Assembly: GCA_963720545.1 (NCBI GenBank)
Contig: OY970399.1
Span: forward strand, 288,001-352,000
Length of the DNA stretch: 64,000 nt
Reading direction: 5' to 3'
Origin: an uncultured Acidobacteriota bacterium
Lineage (GTDB): Bacteria > Acidobacteriota > Vicinamibacteria > Fen-336
In this document: one piece after another, positions 1 through 11,100 of the stretch
How the letters are laid out: every line of letters begins with the position of its first letter
Numbering within the stretch: the first letter of the stretch is position 1
The notes under the pieces: generated by a model
The model's input: only the letters and a program-made list of their open reading frames with translations
What the model was told of the DNA's origin: nothing
Database searches by the model: none
Program-made: the position numbers and the translations under genes

Positions 1-1000
1 GCGCCAGGATCTCGAGGGCGGCGGATGCCGGCAGGTACGCAGCACCGAAGAACAGCTTGAGGATACGGTGCGACAGCGTCAGCAGCACGTAGGCCGCCGG
101 ACAGCCGAGGACGTAGAGGATCTTGAGCCCGCGCGCGTGCAGGGCGAAGAGCTCCGAAGTGGAGCGGCGCGCGAGCCGCGAGAAGCCGGGGAAGAGCGGC
201 AGCACCATGTTGTCGGCGAGCGGCTTCATCGCCTCGATGAACTTGTAGGCGATGCTGAACAGGCCGACCGCGATCGGGCCGCCCATGGCGGTGAGCAGCA
301 GCCGGTCCACCTGCCAGGTGAGCCGGCGCAGCACCTCGCCGACGCCGAGCGGGAACGACTCGCGCAGCAGCCGCCAGGCGGCGGGCAGGTCGCGGCTGAG
401 GCGGGTGACGCCGTGGCTGCGCGCCACCAGTATCCGGAAGTAGAGGAACAGCACGAAGTTCGCGAGCAGCACCGCGCCGAACACGCCGCGCAGGCCCCAC
501 GCGGTGCGCACCACCACGGCCATCGCCGCCAGCATCACCAGCTTGTGCAGCGCAAAGCCGAGGATGTCGCTCGCCATCCGGTCCTGGGCACGCAGCACCG
601 CGCTATAGCCGAGCCCGAAGAAGGTGGCGAGCACCGCCACCCCGGCAATGCAGAGCGAGTCGCGCACCTCCGTGCTCACCGGCATCGCGTACGCGGCCGC
701 GACGATGCCCGCGAGGCTCACGACCGACATGATGACGAGCAGCGTGCGCGCGATCGACAGGCGCTCCTTGAGGGAGCCAGGATCGACCGCGAGGTCGCGC
801 ACCACCACGTTGCGCACGCCCATGTCGGCGAGCAGCTGGAAGACGCCCGCCACTGCCATGATGAAGGTGTAGTTGCCGAAGCCCGCGACGCCGAGATAGC
901 GCGCCGCCAGCACCACGGCGGCGAACTGCAGGAGCGCCCCGCCCACGTAGCCCACCGAACGCAGCACGGAGTTGCGGGCGATGCGCTCGCCGCTCTCCAT
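1..1000 (-). CDS. Wzx-like polysaccharide flippase (MOP family), 3' end runs off the window
   Basis: Not in the ORF track; translated by hand from ATG 1000 (alternative TTG 1036): MESGERIARNSVLRSVGYVGGALLQFAAVVLAARYLGVAGFGNY...LLADMG..., multi-TM, with later ESFPLG..DRLLL..VGLFSIAY motifs typical of Wzx flippases. Confidence 0.85.
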   Translation of the reverse strand, partial: MESGERIARNSVLRSVGYVGGALLQFAAVVLAARYLGVAGFGNYTFIMAVAGVFQLLADMGVRNVVVRDLAVDPGSLKERLSIARTLLVIMSVVSLAGIVAAAYAMPVSTEVRDSLCIAGVAVLATFFGLGYSAVLRAQDRMASDILGFALHKLVMLAAMAVVVRTAWGLRGVFGAVLLANFVLFLYFRILVARSHGVTRLSRDLPAAWRLLRESFPLGVGEVLRRLTWQVDRLLLTAMGGPIAVGLFSIAYKFIEAMKPLADNMVLPLFPGFSRLARRSTSELFALHARGLKILYVLGCPAAYVLLTLSHRILKLFFGAAYLPASAALEILA

Positions 1001-1042
1001 GGCGGTCCCGGGGACTTCGATGACCGGATCGCCCAAGACTCG

Positions 1043-2788
1043 CTACTCCACGTACCCGAGGTCCTGCAGGCGCTTGCGCACGGCTTCCTGCTCCTCGTCG
1101 CTGTACTCGCCGCCCTCGCCGAACTCCGCTGCCTGCTCCGGACCGCCGCCAGACTGCTGGATGCGCTCGCCGCGCACGAAGTCGTCACGGAAGAGCGACG
1201 TCAGCACCCGGCCATCCATGTCCTCGGGCACCGGCAGCCCGAGGGCATAGAGCACCGAAGGCGCTATGTCGACGATGTTGGGCGCGAGCGACGGGCCGTT
1301 CACGAGTCCCGGCTTCACGAGCGGTCCGTTCGCCACCAGGATGCCGTCGTCGCGGTGGTCGCCCGACTTGGCGCTCGCCCGTTCCTTGTCGTTCACCACC
1401 GCCACCAGCGGCCGTGGGTTGCCCGGCGAGGTGATGCCGAAGAGGTACGAATAGTCGCCATCGAGGTTCCACTCGGGGATGAGGTCGGGAAACCGGTCGA
1501 GGTGCGGCCCGCTGTAGAGCTCGTTGCGGCGATGCACCTTCTTGATGAGAGCCCCGCCGTGCACCGGGTCGCGCCACGTCAGGAGCCGCGCCGCGATCTC
1601 GTCGCACAGGCGGTCGTACTCGGCCCCGGCCTCGACCGTCCCCTCCGGGTCGCGCCCACGCACGTTGATCCAGATGGTGGGGTAGTACGGGGTCTCCTCG
1701 GAGTAGGCCGAGGTCCTGCTCCAGTCGAGGCCGGAGAAGCGCAGCTGCGACTCGACCTTGTGGCCGAGCTTGGTGCGACGGAACAGCATCTGGCGGTACT
1801 TGAGCGGGATGAGGTTCTTGCGCGCGATCTTCTTGGCGAAGGCGAGCGCCGCCACCCGTGTGCGCCGCCCCAGGCTGCGGTTGAAGTGCAGGAAGCCCTG
1901 CTCCTCGAGCCAGGCGTTGAGGCGCACGATCTTGTTGCCGTTGCCGGCGTGGCCGTGGTCGGACATCACGAAAACCGTGGTGTCGTCGCCGATCATGGCG
2001 CGCAGCTTGCCGATGTGGCCGTCGATGCGCTCGTAGATGCGCTGCACCGGGCTCACGCCGGTATAGGAGCGCGACGCCTCGTTGCCCATGGGCGACACCC
2101 TGTCGTGGAAGTGCCACAGGCGGTGCGAGATCGCGTCGGTCTCGCCGACCGTGATCATGAACAGGTCCCAGGGCTCCTTGCCGTAGAGGTACTGGGCGGT
2201 CTGCATCTTGCGGTCCACGGAGACGTACGCGGCTTCCACCACCTCGTCGGCCGACGCGCTCGCCGCATGGCCCTTGAGGCTCGGCGAAACCAGGTAGCCG
2301 CCGAGCTTTTCCATGAGCTCGGCATGCAGCTCCGGCGGGTACATACCGGTGGGCTCCGCCAGGCCGCCGGCGATTCCGGGAGTGTCAATGCCCGCGATCT
2401 GCACGCCGTTCAGCTTCTCCGGCGGGAAGCTCATCGGCACGCCGATCGCGCACACGCGCAAGCCGGCGTCGCTCGCGAGGCGCCACAGCGTCGTCGCCTT
2501 GCGGAAGCGTGCGTTCACGAACTCGACCTCGTAGCTGCCCGGCTTGCGCGCAGTGAAGTCGGGGACGCCGTGCTTGCCGGGGTTCTTGCCGGTCATGAAC
2601 GAGGTCCAGGCCTGCGGCGACATCGGCGGGTAGGTGGAGCGCAGGCGCGCGTGGGCGCCGCCCTTGACGAGCGCAGCAAGGTTTGGCAGCAGGCCCTGGT
2701 CGAAGAGCGGCTGCAGCACTTCCCAGTCGGTGCCGTCCAGCCCGAAGATGAAGACCCGCCGCTTTGCGGTTGACGTTGACACTCTCAC
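1043..2788 (-). CDS. Alkaline phosphatase superfamily (NPP/phosphodiesterase-like) protein, paralog 1
   Basis: GLDG, RSTYPPMSPQAWTSFMTGKNPGKHG, SDHG, GDH, C-terminal RLQDLGY. Confidence 0.85.
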   Translation of the reverse strand: MRVSTSTAKRRVFIFGLDGTDWEVLQPLFDQGLLPNLAALVKGGAHARLRSTYPPMSPQAWTSFMTGKNPGKHGVPDFTARKPGSYEVEFVNARFRKATTLWRLASDAGLRVCAIGVPMSFPPEKLNGVQIAGIDTPGIAGGLAEPTGMYPPELHAELMEKLGGYLVSPSLKGHAASASADEVVEAAYVSVDRKMQTAQYLYGKEPWDLFMITVGETDAISHRLWHFHDRVSPMGNEASRSYTGVSPVQRIYERIDGHIGKLRAMIGDDTTVFVMSDHGHAGNGNKIVRLNAWLEEQGFLHFNRSLGRRTRVAALAFAKKIARKNLIPLKYRQMLFRRTKLGHKVESQLRFSGLDWSRTSAYSEETPYYPTIWINVRGRDPEGTVEAGAEYDRLCDEIAARLLTWRDPVHGGALIKKVHRRNELYSGPHLDRFPDLIPEWNLDGDYSYLFGITSPGNPRPLVAVVNDKERASAKSGDHRDDGILVANGPLVKPGLVNGPSLAPNIVDIAPSVLYALGLPVPEDMDGRVLTSLFRDDFVRGERIQQSGGGPEQAAEFGEGGEYSDEEQEAVRKRLQDLGYVE

Positions 2789-2791
2789 TCC

Positions 2792-4504
2792 CTACTCGAT
2801 GTACCCGAGACCGCGAAGGCGCTCGGCGACCTGGTCAGATTCGTCCTCGGAGTACGTCCTCTCGGTCCGCTTGCTGGAGTCGCCGCTGCCTGAGTCCCGG
2901 CGGGCAGGCAAGCCGTGGCGCGCGGTGTGCTCTTCGGTGAACGCCTCGAGCAGGACGCGGCCGTCGATGTCCTCGGGGACCGGCTGTCCGAGCAGGTAGA
3001 GGAGAGTCGGGGTCACATCGGTGATCTCGGAGTCGAGCGTCAGGCCGCGGCGGAACGACTTGCCGTGGAAGAGATAGATGCCGTCCATCGCATGCACGCC
3101 GCTCCATTCGCCGGCCGCAATCGGCTGGCCGCCGCGGTACTCGACGGCGGCCCGGGAATCGGAGCTTTGCTTGGCGACGAAAGACACACCCTCCCACCAC
3201 GCGAGACTAAGGTCGGGCGCCTGCGCCAGTTGTGATCCGTGATACGCCTCTTCCTTGCGCAGCACCCTGGTGATGAGGCGCTGCCCGGTGACCGGATCCT
3301 TGAGTTCGTAGAGCTTCGCGGTGATCAGGTCGAGGAGCTCCTCGTACTCGGCGCCGTCCGCAACGATGCCGTCCGGATGCACGCCCTTGCGGTTGATCCA
3401 GATGCCGGGCGGAAAGGTCAGCACCTCGTAGCAGAAGGCGCGGGTGTTTTTCCAGTCGACGTCGGCGAAGCCGCCGTACTGCGATTCCCACTTGCGGCGC
3501 AGCGACGGGAAGCGGTCGGCGATGCGCGCCTTCCACTGCGGCGGCAGGCTCTCGCGCAGCAGCTTGTCGACCACCTTCATCGCCGGGCGCGCGGCGCCCG
3601 ACAGCGACTTGCCCGAGCGGCGCAGGAGGCCGAGGTCCTCGAGGTAGCGGTTGAGGTGCACCACCCGGCCGCTCGAAGCGTGGAAGCCGTGGTCCGACAT
3701 CAGCACCAGCGTGCCGTCCTCGGCGAGCCCGTTCATCAGCCGCGCGATTGCGTGGTCCATGCGCAGGTAGACGTCGAAGATCGCGTCCTTGTAGCGCGCC
3801 GCGCCTGCACCGTCGAACTGCGGATGGCTCTCGTCCATGTAGTGGTAGAAGAAGTGCTGCACCGTGTCGGTCGAGGTGAACACCACCATCGCGACGTCGG
3901 TGGGATGCGCGGCGAGCAGGTACTCGGTCATGCGCACGTAGTGATCGTCGGCTTCGCGAAGCGTCTCGATCACCGAGTCGCGGCGCTCGTCGGTCTTGAG
4001 GAAGCCGAGGTAGCGGATCTGCTTGCTGACGCGGTCGAACTTCGTAGCGAGCTCGGCGTAGAGCTCCGGCGGATGGGTGATCGCCGTGCTGCCTTCGGGC
4101 GAGTCCATCCCCGAGATCATGTAGCCGTTCACCGGGTCGGGCGGGTAGGTCATCGGCACGTTGATCGAGCCCACCCGCAAGGACGCGGCGCTCAGGATCT
4201 CCCACAGGGTGCGGCCGACGCGCGAACGCGCATTCGCGTAACGGATCTTGTAGGAACCCGGCTGCGGCTCGACGAAGTTGTAGAGGCCGTGCTTGCCGGG
4301 GTTCTTGCCGGTCATGAAGGATGTCCAGGCAGGGGCAGTGATCGGCGGGATGCTCGAGCGCAGCGCCCCGTGGACGCCCTCCTTCATCAGGCGGGCGAAG
4401 GTGGGCAGCCTCCCGGCTTCCGCCCAGGGCCGGATGTTGTCGAAGGTGGCACCATCGAGCCCGATGATGAGCACCTTTGGCTTATCGGAGGCGCTTGCGG
4501 TCAA
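2792..4504 (-). CDS. Alkaline phosphatase superfamily (NPP/phosphodiesterase-like) protein, paralog 2
   Basis: GLDGAT, PPITAPAWTSFMTGKNPGKHG, SDHGF, C-terminal RLRGLGY; TTG start with upstream AAGGAG. Confidence 0.85.
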   Translation of the reverse strand: MTASASDKPKVLIIGLDGATFDNIRPWAEAGRLPTFARLMKEGVHGALRSSIPPITAPAWTSFMTGKNPGKHGLYNFVEPQPGSYKIRYANARSRVGRTLWEILSAASLRVGSINVPMTYPPDPVNGYMISGMDSPEGSTAITHPPELYAELATKFDRVSKQIRYLGFLKTDERRDSVIETLREADDHYVRMTEYLLAAHPTDVAMVVFTSTDTVQHFFYHYMDESHPQFDGAGAARYKDAIFDVYLRMDHAIARLMNGLAEDGTLVLMSDHGFHASSGRVVHLNRYLEDLGLLRRSGKSLSGAARPAMKVVDKLLRESLPPQWKARIADRFPSLRRKWESQYGGFADVDWKNTRAFCYEVLTFPPGIWINRKGVHPDGIVADGAEYEELLDLITAKLYELKDPVTGQRLITRVLRKEEAYHGSQLAQAPDLSLAWWEGVSFVAKQSSDSRAAVEYRGGQPIAAGEWSGVHAMDGIYLFHGKSFRRGLTLDSEITDVTPTLLYLLGQPVPEDIDGRVLLEAFTEEHTARHGLPARRDSGSGDSSKRTERTYSEDESDQVAERLRGLGYIE

Positions 4505-4655
4505 AAGTTGATAACTCCTTAGTCACAATGACAGCATTGGAAAACAGCCGCAAGCAAATTCCTGGGTGGCCGCGGGGGGGAACTGAAAGCGCGGTGTAGG
4601 GAGCCTAACCCTCAGTCTTCCAACGTTCAAGCGGCCTCACAGCCTTTGGCATTTT

Positions 4656-5864
4656 TTACTGGACCATCCGTTCGTAAACCGCGACGGTCCGGTCCGTGAG
4701 AGCCGGCCACGCGTACTGCTCGTGAATCCACTGCCTGCCGTTTTTCGCGAGGCGCGCACCGCGGGCCCGGTCGACGAGCAGCAACGCGATCGCCTCGCCA
4801 AGCGCCCGCCAGTCGCCGTCCGGCGCCAGCAGCGCGTTCTCGTCGTGGCGCAGCCCCTTTGCCGAACCTTCGAAGACCGCCACCGGCGTGCCGGCCGCGA
4901 GGTAGTTGAGCAGCTTGACCGGAAAACCGGGGCACGATGGCCGCGGCACCACGGCGGCGTCGGCGGCGGCGAGCCACGGCGGAATCTCCGCGAACGACTC
5001 GCTCACGACGATCTCGAGTGCGTCCGCGATACCGAGCTCGCGCGCCTGGCGCTTCACGGCCTCGAGCTGCTCCTCCTTGACGGCGTTCGCCACCAGCAGC
5101 AGCCGCGTGTCCGGAACCCGCGCCCGCACCACGGTCATCGCCTGCAGCAGGTAGTCGATGCGCTGCAGGCCGTCGAGGCAGCCGGTGTAGATGACAAGGG
5201 GCTCGCTGCCGCCGTGCAGCCGCTGGCGCGCGGCGTCGCGATCGACGCGCTCGAAGATGCCGGGATCGATGCCGAGCGGAATGACGTGCAGCCGGTCCGC
5301 CGGCACGCCGCGCGCGCTCAGGAAGCGCGCCAGATCGTCGGAAATCGCGACCGTGACGTCGGGCAGCCGCGGCACGAACCAGTCGAGGAAGCGCGCCAGC
5401 GCGTTCGCCATCGGCCGCGGCAGGAAACCGTAAGAGCCGAGCTCGTCGCTCATCGTGTTGCACGCGTTGTAGAGGAGCGGCCGGCCGGTGAGCAGCTTGC
5501 CCAGCCAGCCGACGAGGGCGCCTTCGTAATTGTGGGCGTGGATGAGGTCGATGCGGTGCTTGCGGATGACGCGCCACAGGGTGAAGACCATCTGCAGGTC
5601 CTGGAGCGGCTTGGCCCATGTCGGACCGACCACCACCTTGCGGCCCAGCCCGAGATCGCCGATGCGGTGGATCGCGACGCCCGCGGGTTCCGGCCCCTCG
5701 CCGAAGTGGTAGGTGACGACGTGCACTTCATGGCCGCGCGCGGCGATAGCCGCAGCCATCTCGCGGATGCTGCCCGGTGTGCCATGGTTGGCGGGGAAGG
5801 GGCTCGCCACCGTCATCGCGATCCTGAGTGCGCGTGCGGCCGGTTCCCTTACCTCATGCCTCAT
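4656..5864 (-). CDS. Glycosyltransferase family 4 (GT-B)
   Basis: LAARGHEVHVVT-type N-terminus, DLIHAHN, GFPVKLLNYLAAGTPV motif. Confidence 0.85.
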   Translation of the reverse strand: MRHEVREPAARALRIAMTVASPFPANHGTPGSIREMAAAIAARGHEVHVVTYHFGEGPEPAGVAIHRIGDLGLGRKVVVGPTWAKPLQDLQMVFTLWRVIRKHRIDLIHAHNYEGALVGWLGKLLTGRPLLYNACNTMSDELGSYGFLPRPMANALARFLDWFVPRLPDVTVAISDDLARFLSARGVPADRLHVIPLGIDPGIFERVDRDAARQRLHGGSEPLVIYTGCLDGLQRIDYLLQAMTVVRARVPDTRLLLVANAVKEEQLEAVKRQARELGIADALEIVVSESFAEIPPWLAAADAAVVPRPSCPGFPVKLLNYLAAGTPVAVFEGSAKGLRHDENALLAPDGDWRALGEAIALLLVDRARGARLAKNGRQWIHEQYAWPALTDRTVAVYERMVQ

Positions 5865-6765
5865 CGACGACGTGCTTCGACAGCCGCTTTTCGCCCGTGG
5901 CCGGCGCGCCTGGGGGGGTCTCGCTGACCACCCAGCGCTGGCGGCGGTCCTCGAAGTTGATCGGCAGCCGCACCCGGCGGCGCTCCTCGAGGCGTTTCGC
6001 CGCGAACTCGCCGCGCGTCTCGTCCCGGCGGCGCTCGTGGTTCACCACCACCGGCTTCACGGTGGCGAGCTTGGCGCGCAGCCGCACCAGCTCGCGAAAC
6101 GCCTTGACGATGACGCGCAGGTTGGCGCCCGTCGACTTGCCAACGACGCGCGGAAAGTGCGTGACCGGAACTTCCTTGACGAGGAAGCCCTTGCGGATCA
6201 GCTGCACCAGGATGTCGGTGTTGACCATCGCGCCGACCGCGTCGATGCGCACCGAGTCGAACACCGAGGCGCGGAACATCTTGAAGGCGCAGTCGATGTC
6301 GCGCACCCGCAGGCCCAGAACCAGGCGCACCAGGACGTTCCAGCCGAGCGCGTTCACCTTGCGGTGCAGCCGGTCGTTGCGCTTCTCACGGTAGCCGATG
6401 ACGGCGTCGTACTGCTCGACCCAGAGGAGCAGCAGAGGCAGCTCGGCAAGGTGGAACTGCAGGTCCGAGTCGGAAAAGAAGATCAGGTTCTTGCTGGCCC
6501 GCTCGATACCCGACTTGAGGGCGGCGCCGTAGCCACGGTTGCCATTGCGGTGGTGGATCGGCACAACGCGTTTGTCGCTCGCGGCGATCGCGTCGACGAC
6601 GGCAGCGGTCTGGTCGCTGCTGCCGTCGTTGACGACGATGATCTCCCAGTCCTCGGTCAGCCCGCGCAGGCAGTCGTTCGCCTGCTGGATGGCCTGGGCT
6701 ACGTTTCCCTGCTCGTTGTAGGCAGGAAAGACGACGGAAATGCTCTGCCGACTGATGAGTGCCAT
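5854..6765 (-). CDS. Glycosyltransferase family 2, polyprenol-phosphate sugar synthase-like, with Arg-rich C-terminal tail
   Basis: SVVFPAYNE, VNDGSSDQT, NRGYGAA, DSD, DIDCAFK. Confidence 0.85.
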   Translation of the reverse strand: MALISRQSISVVFPAYNEQGNVAQAIQQANDCLRGLTEDWEIIVVNDGSSDQTAAVVDAIAASDKRVVPIHHRNGNRGYGAALKSGIERASKNLIFFSDSDLQFHLAELPLLLLWVEQYDAVIGYREKRNDRLHRKVNALGWNVLVRLVLGLRVRDIDCAFKMFRASVFDSVRIDAVGAMVNTDILVQLIRKGFLVKEVPVTHFPRVVGKSTGANLRVIVKAFRELVRLRAKLATVKPVVVNHERRRDETRGEFAAKRLEERRRVRLPINFEDRRQRWVVSETPPGAPATGEKRLSKHVVDEA

Positions 6766-6850
6766 GTTATGAACGCCCGCCTAGATCTGGAGGAATAAAG
6801 GTGCTGCAAATGACTAAACATCTGGAGTATCGGAAGTTGTCTCCAGCTTG

Positions 6851-8098
6851 TCAATTCTTCTGGCGGAGTTTTTCGGCTGCGGCTTGGACCTGGTCGGGGA
6901 AATCCCTGACCTCGGCGGCGCCAACTTCGAAGTAACGCGCGCCGAGCGAAATTCCACGTTCGAACATGCCGGAGAAGTTGCTCTCGCGTGCCTGGGTGCG
7001 GTCGTCGTCGTCCGCCGGCGCCGCGTTGCGCGCCTCGGCCCGGCGCCCGCCCCGCCCGCCGCCGCGGCCGCCGCCGTGGCGCGAGGCCCTCGGCGGTGCG
7101 GAAGCTGAAGCGGGCGCCCCCGTCGCGGTATCGTCCGGATCGGCGCCGGCGCCGGAGCTCGCGCTGGTGTCGCGTTTGCCCTGCCGCAGCAGCTGGCGCT
7201 GGAAGCCGATCGTGGTCTTCGTGGCGTATTCCTTGAGGATCCCCCAGTCGACGCGGCGATCGTTGCTGTCGGCGAGCAGGATGTTGTTCTGCAGGAAGAT
7301 GCGCTGGCCATAGCGGCCGAAGGCGTACTTCACGACCTCGATGGTGACGTTGTTGTCGTCGATCGTCGGCGAGAGGTTCAGGACCAGAGCGCGGCCCGGA
7401 AAGGCGCGAGCATAGACGTCCACGCAGCGACGCCAGGCGTCGATGAGCTTGTCCTTGCTGTAGCCGAGCTCTTTCCAACGCGCCACGTCGTTCGGTGTGT
7501 GCGGCAGGATCATCTCGGCCGAGTGCTTGTTGGGCCCGGTGACGTGCACCATCGCGAGCGGCGCATCCTTGAGGTGCTCGCCGGCGGCCATCACGAAGCG
7601 CTCCCAGGCCGCGAGGAACGGCTCGTCCCAGGGCACCGGCAGCGACAGGTTCTTGCCGTAGGTCTGGTTGCGCTGTCCCTGCTTCGCCCCGGCAGCGCCG
7701 TGGTTCGGGTTCTCGTCGACGAAGCTGAAGCGCTTCGCGCCCTTCGTAAACAGCCACTCCGGTGTCGTGACGCCGGGCAGGAGCCGCAGGCCCACCTTGC
7801 GGTTCGCCTGCTTCGCGACCGCGATGCGCGAGTCGAGCGCCGACCAGGAATAGGCGCCCTGGCTCGGCTCGAGGTCGGACCAGGAGGCCGTGAGCGCCAC
7901 GCCGGCGATGCCCTCCGCGGCGAGCACGCGCTGCCAGGTGCTGGCGTCGCGCTCGCCGGTGATCACGTAGATGCCGTACGAGCCGCGCGGATCGAAGCTT
8001 GCGCCGTCAGCCGTGGCGGCGGCTGTCGCACCGAACAGCGGCGCCAGCCCCAGAAGCGCGGCGGCCAGCGCCGCGCTGCGAAGGTTCCGGATCGTCAT
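6851..8098 (-). CDS. Secreted glycoside hydrolase-like protein (GH42/GH-A TIM-barrel-like)
   Basis: Real start MTIRNLRSAALAAALLGLAPLFG (signal peptide) at 8098; WSDLEPSQGAYSWSALD, TPEWL and PVPWD resemble beta-galactosidase-type catalytic domains. Confidence 0.6.
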   Translation of the reverse strand: MTIRNLRSAALAAALLGLAPLFGATAAATADGASFDPRGSYGIYVITGERDASTWQRVLAAEGIAGVALTASWSDLEPSQGAYSWSALDSRIAVAKQANRKVGLRLLPGVTTPEWLFTKGAKRFSFVDENPNHGAAGAKQGQRNQTYGKNLSLPVPWDEPFLAAWERFVMAAGEHLKDAPLAMVHVTGPNKHSAEMILPHTPNDVARWKELGYSKDKLIDAWRRCVDVYARAFPGRALVLNLSPTIDDNNVTIEVVKYAFGRYGQRIFLQNNILLADSNDRRVDWGILKEYATKTTIGFQRQLLRQGKRDTSASSGAGADPDDTATGAPASASAPPRASRHGGGRGGGRGGRRAEARNAAPADDDDRTQARESNFSGMFERGISLGARYFEVGAAEVRDFPDQVQAAAEKLRQKN

Positions 8099-8100
8099 CG

Positions 8101-11100
8101 CTATCGCTCCCATAAATAAATGCGCATGCCGTAGGTTTCGAACACCACCTTCGCCGAGCGGTTGACGAAATCGAGCGTGACTGCGTCGTTCGAGCCGTCG
8201 AAGGCGGCGGCCGGCGTCGCCATGATCCAGGCGCGGCGGTGCTGGTTCAGGACCTCGGCCAGTTCCTTCTCGCTGCGCAGCACGGTCGAGCCCGCGAAGC
8301 GGTCCATGTAGCGCGGGTTGGCGTCGTTCATGTCGTACATCACGAGGCGGCTGGTGTACGACTGCAGGTAGTAATCGGGCGCGAAGTTCGCGTAGTAGAG
8401 GAGCGCCTGCGGCATCAGCGCGATCACCGTATCGCCCTTGCGCCGGTTCTGCGCGACGAACTCTGCGGCGCTGCGGTAGTCGAGGCCGCCGACCTCGGGC
8501 GTCACGTCGGGCAGCATGCGGCCGGCGCGCGCCCCGAGCCGCTCGGTGCGCAGCACCAGGCTGTTGCTCGAGGCGAGGACGCCGGTCGCGGCGAACGCGA
8601 CGCAGCACGCGACCGTGACCCGCAGGAACCCAGGCAGCACCGCAGGCGCCCGCGAGCGCAGGTAGTCGGCGCACAGGAACAGGCTGGCGCAGGCCGGCAG
8701 CAGCAACAGCGGCTGCGCGAAGTACGCATACCGCGGCGATTGCGGCACGACGAAGTTCGTCAAGGTCATGAGTACGGCCACCAGCAGGATTACATAGTAC
8801 TGGACCGCACGGTTGCGAATCGCCACAGGAAGTCCAACGATGAGAAGAAGCGTCAGGATGAGGTGATGTGGCGCGAGCAGGAAGGTCTGCACGTACGCCC
8901 ACGGGTTGTAGGTGGTTGCGAGGAACCCGAGGCTCAGCGCGTTGCCGGCGATCGACGAGCCCACCGCGAGGAAGGCGCGCGAGTCGAGCGTGCGCCGCGC
9001 CAGCTGGCCGATGACCACGATGGACACGGCGCACGCGGCGAGCCACACGAACGGTTCGCGCAGCCAGGACAGGTGCCTGCCGCGCTGTACCAGCAGGCAC
9101 AACACCAGCGCCGGCAGCAGCACGCCGGCGCCTTCCCAACTCAGGTACATGAAGCAGAACGACACCGCGGCCGCGGCGAGCGGCAGCCGGCGCACCGGGC
9201 CGGGCCCCGTGCCGAACGCGAGATAGAAGAGCCAGGTGGTGAGCAGCGCGAAGAACTGCGCCTGCTGCGGGTGGAACGCGTTGGCGCCCCAGAAGATCGA
9301 GAACGGCGAAAGCGCATGCACCGCGGCCGCCATCAAGCCCACTCCCGGGCGCCAGGTGGTGGTGCCGATGACGTAGAGCAAGAGCGTCGTGAGCATGCCG
9401 AAGACGATCGCCGGCAGCCGCGCTGCGAACTCGCTCTGCCCGAACGCCTTCATCGACAGCCAGATGGGATAGGGCAGCAGTTCGTACGTGGTGAGCCGCT
9501 TCTTCAGGGGGCCGACGTAGCGGATGGGGGAGCCGAACTCGTCGATTGCCTGGGCGAAGCGCACCATGCTGAGTTCATCGTGGCCGAACGACGCGGCACG
9601 CGCCTTCTCGGTGCGCAGGAAGGCACCAGTGACGAGCAGCGGCGCCAGGCACAGGAGCGCCAGGCCATGGCGCAGCCACGCGGCGCGCACGAACGCGATG
9701 GACGGTGCGAACACCGCACGCCGCCGGTGCGCGAGCGCCAGCCACGCGACCAGCAGCAGGCGCAACGCCAACAGCACGCCCACGGCGGCGAGCGTGAAGT
9801 TGGGCCGGAACGCGAACCCGGGATCGTTGCGCTCGTCGGTGCCGATCACCCAGAGGGCGGCGAACAGCAGCAGCACCGGCAGGCGCAGCAGCGCGTCGTA
9901 GCGCAGCGCCGTCGTCCAGCGCACCTCGCTTGCGACCGAGCGCAGGATCAGTCCCATGATCACCCAATCGGCGAGCGCCAGGCACAGGATGCCGAAGCCG
10001 AAGAACAAGGCGCCGGCGGCGGCGCGCGCGAGCCATGGAGACGGCAGGGCATCGACGCGCAGCTTCTTCGGCAGCGGCTGCGCGAAGCCGGCCGGACCGC
10101 CGTACGCCGCGCCCGCCTCGACGGGCGGCAGCGCCGCCGCCGGCTGTCGCGCCCTGCCGCTGGCGCTCACGGTCCAGGTCGGCGTCCACGAAACCGCGTC
10201 GCCGCCCGTGCCGGAGCGGTCGATGATGAGGTCGAGCGCTATGCGCGGCAGGGACGCCGGCGACGAGACGCGCACGTCGAGCGTGTTGCGGCCGCGATTG
10301 ACGAACGGCGTGATGTCGTGGATCTCGAGGATCGGCGCCGGATCGACGCGGCCGAAGATCCGCACCCCGTTGAGCGCGAGAGCGTAGCCGTCGGGGCAGG
10401 CCACGCGCAACCAGATCGTGCGGAAGCCGACGGCCACGTCGAACACCCCGGAGAAGACCGCCGAGGTGCTGGACGGATCGGGGGTGGTGATCCACGGCGG
10501 GGTCGCGACGGAGAAGAGCGCGGCGTCCACAGGCAGGTGCGGCAGCTGTTTCGGGTCGGGCGCCTCGCCGCCAAGCGCCGGCGTCTCGTGCTGCTGGATG
10601 TAGCGCGAGTCGTACCACGGAATCTCGAGATTGCCCTGCGCCTCGAAACGCGACGCCGCCGACCAGCTGCTGTCGGAGCTGAAGAGGGTCTCGCTGCCGG
10701 CGACGTCGCGATAGCCGCCGGCGACCACGGCGCGCGCGGGCAGGGAGTAGTTGGCGCTGCGCACGTTGAGTGCCAGTGCGTTCTTGCCGGGTTTGAGATA
10801 GGGGGTGAGGTCGTAGATCCCGGCCGCGTTGCGGTCGAGCACCCAGGACTCGCCGACGATCTCGCCGTTGACGCGCAGCTTGAAGTTGGCCTCGCCGGCG
10901 GCGATCGTGACCCAGGCATCCTTGACGCGCCTGTCGACGTAGAGCTCCTTGCGGAAGTACGCGACCGGCGCCTGGTCGGGCGTCGTCATCCAGCGCGCGC
11001 CGCGCAGCGCCAGCGGCGAGAGGTGCGGCGTCAGCCCTTCCGCCTTGCAGAAAAGCAGCGCTGCCGCCACCAGCGCGGTGCCGAGCACCAGCACCATCTC

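Noticed and set aside
68..2773. 901 aa + strand ORF and similar long ORFs (8239-11169, 36875-39511, 52139-54478, 60071-61813, 62695-63705)
   Set aside because: Antisense shadows of motif-bearing genes; expected in high-GC DNA and carrying no recognisable domains
4505..4655. AT-richer gap with a G7 run as a possible riboswitch or phase-variable promoter
   Set aside because: No recognisable aptamer motif, and I could not place promoter elements around the G run
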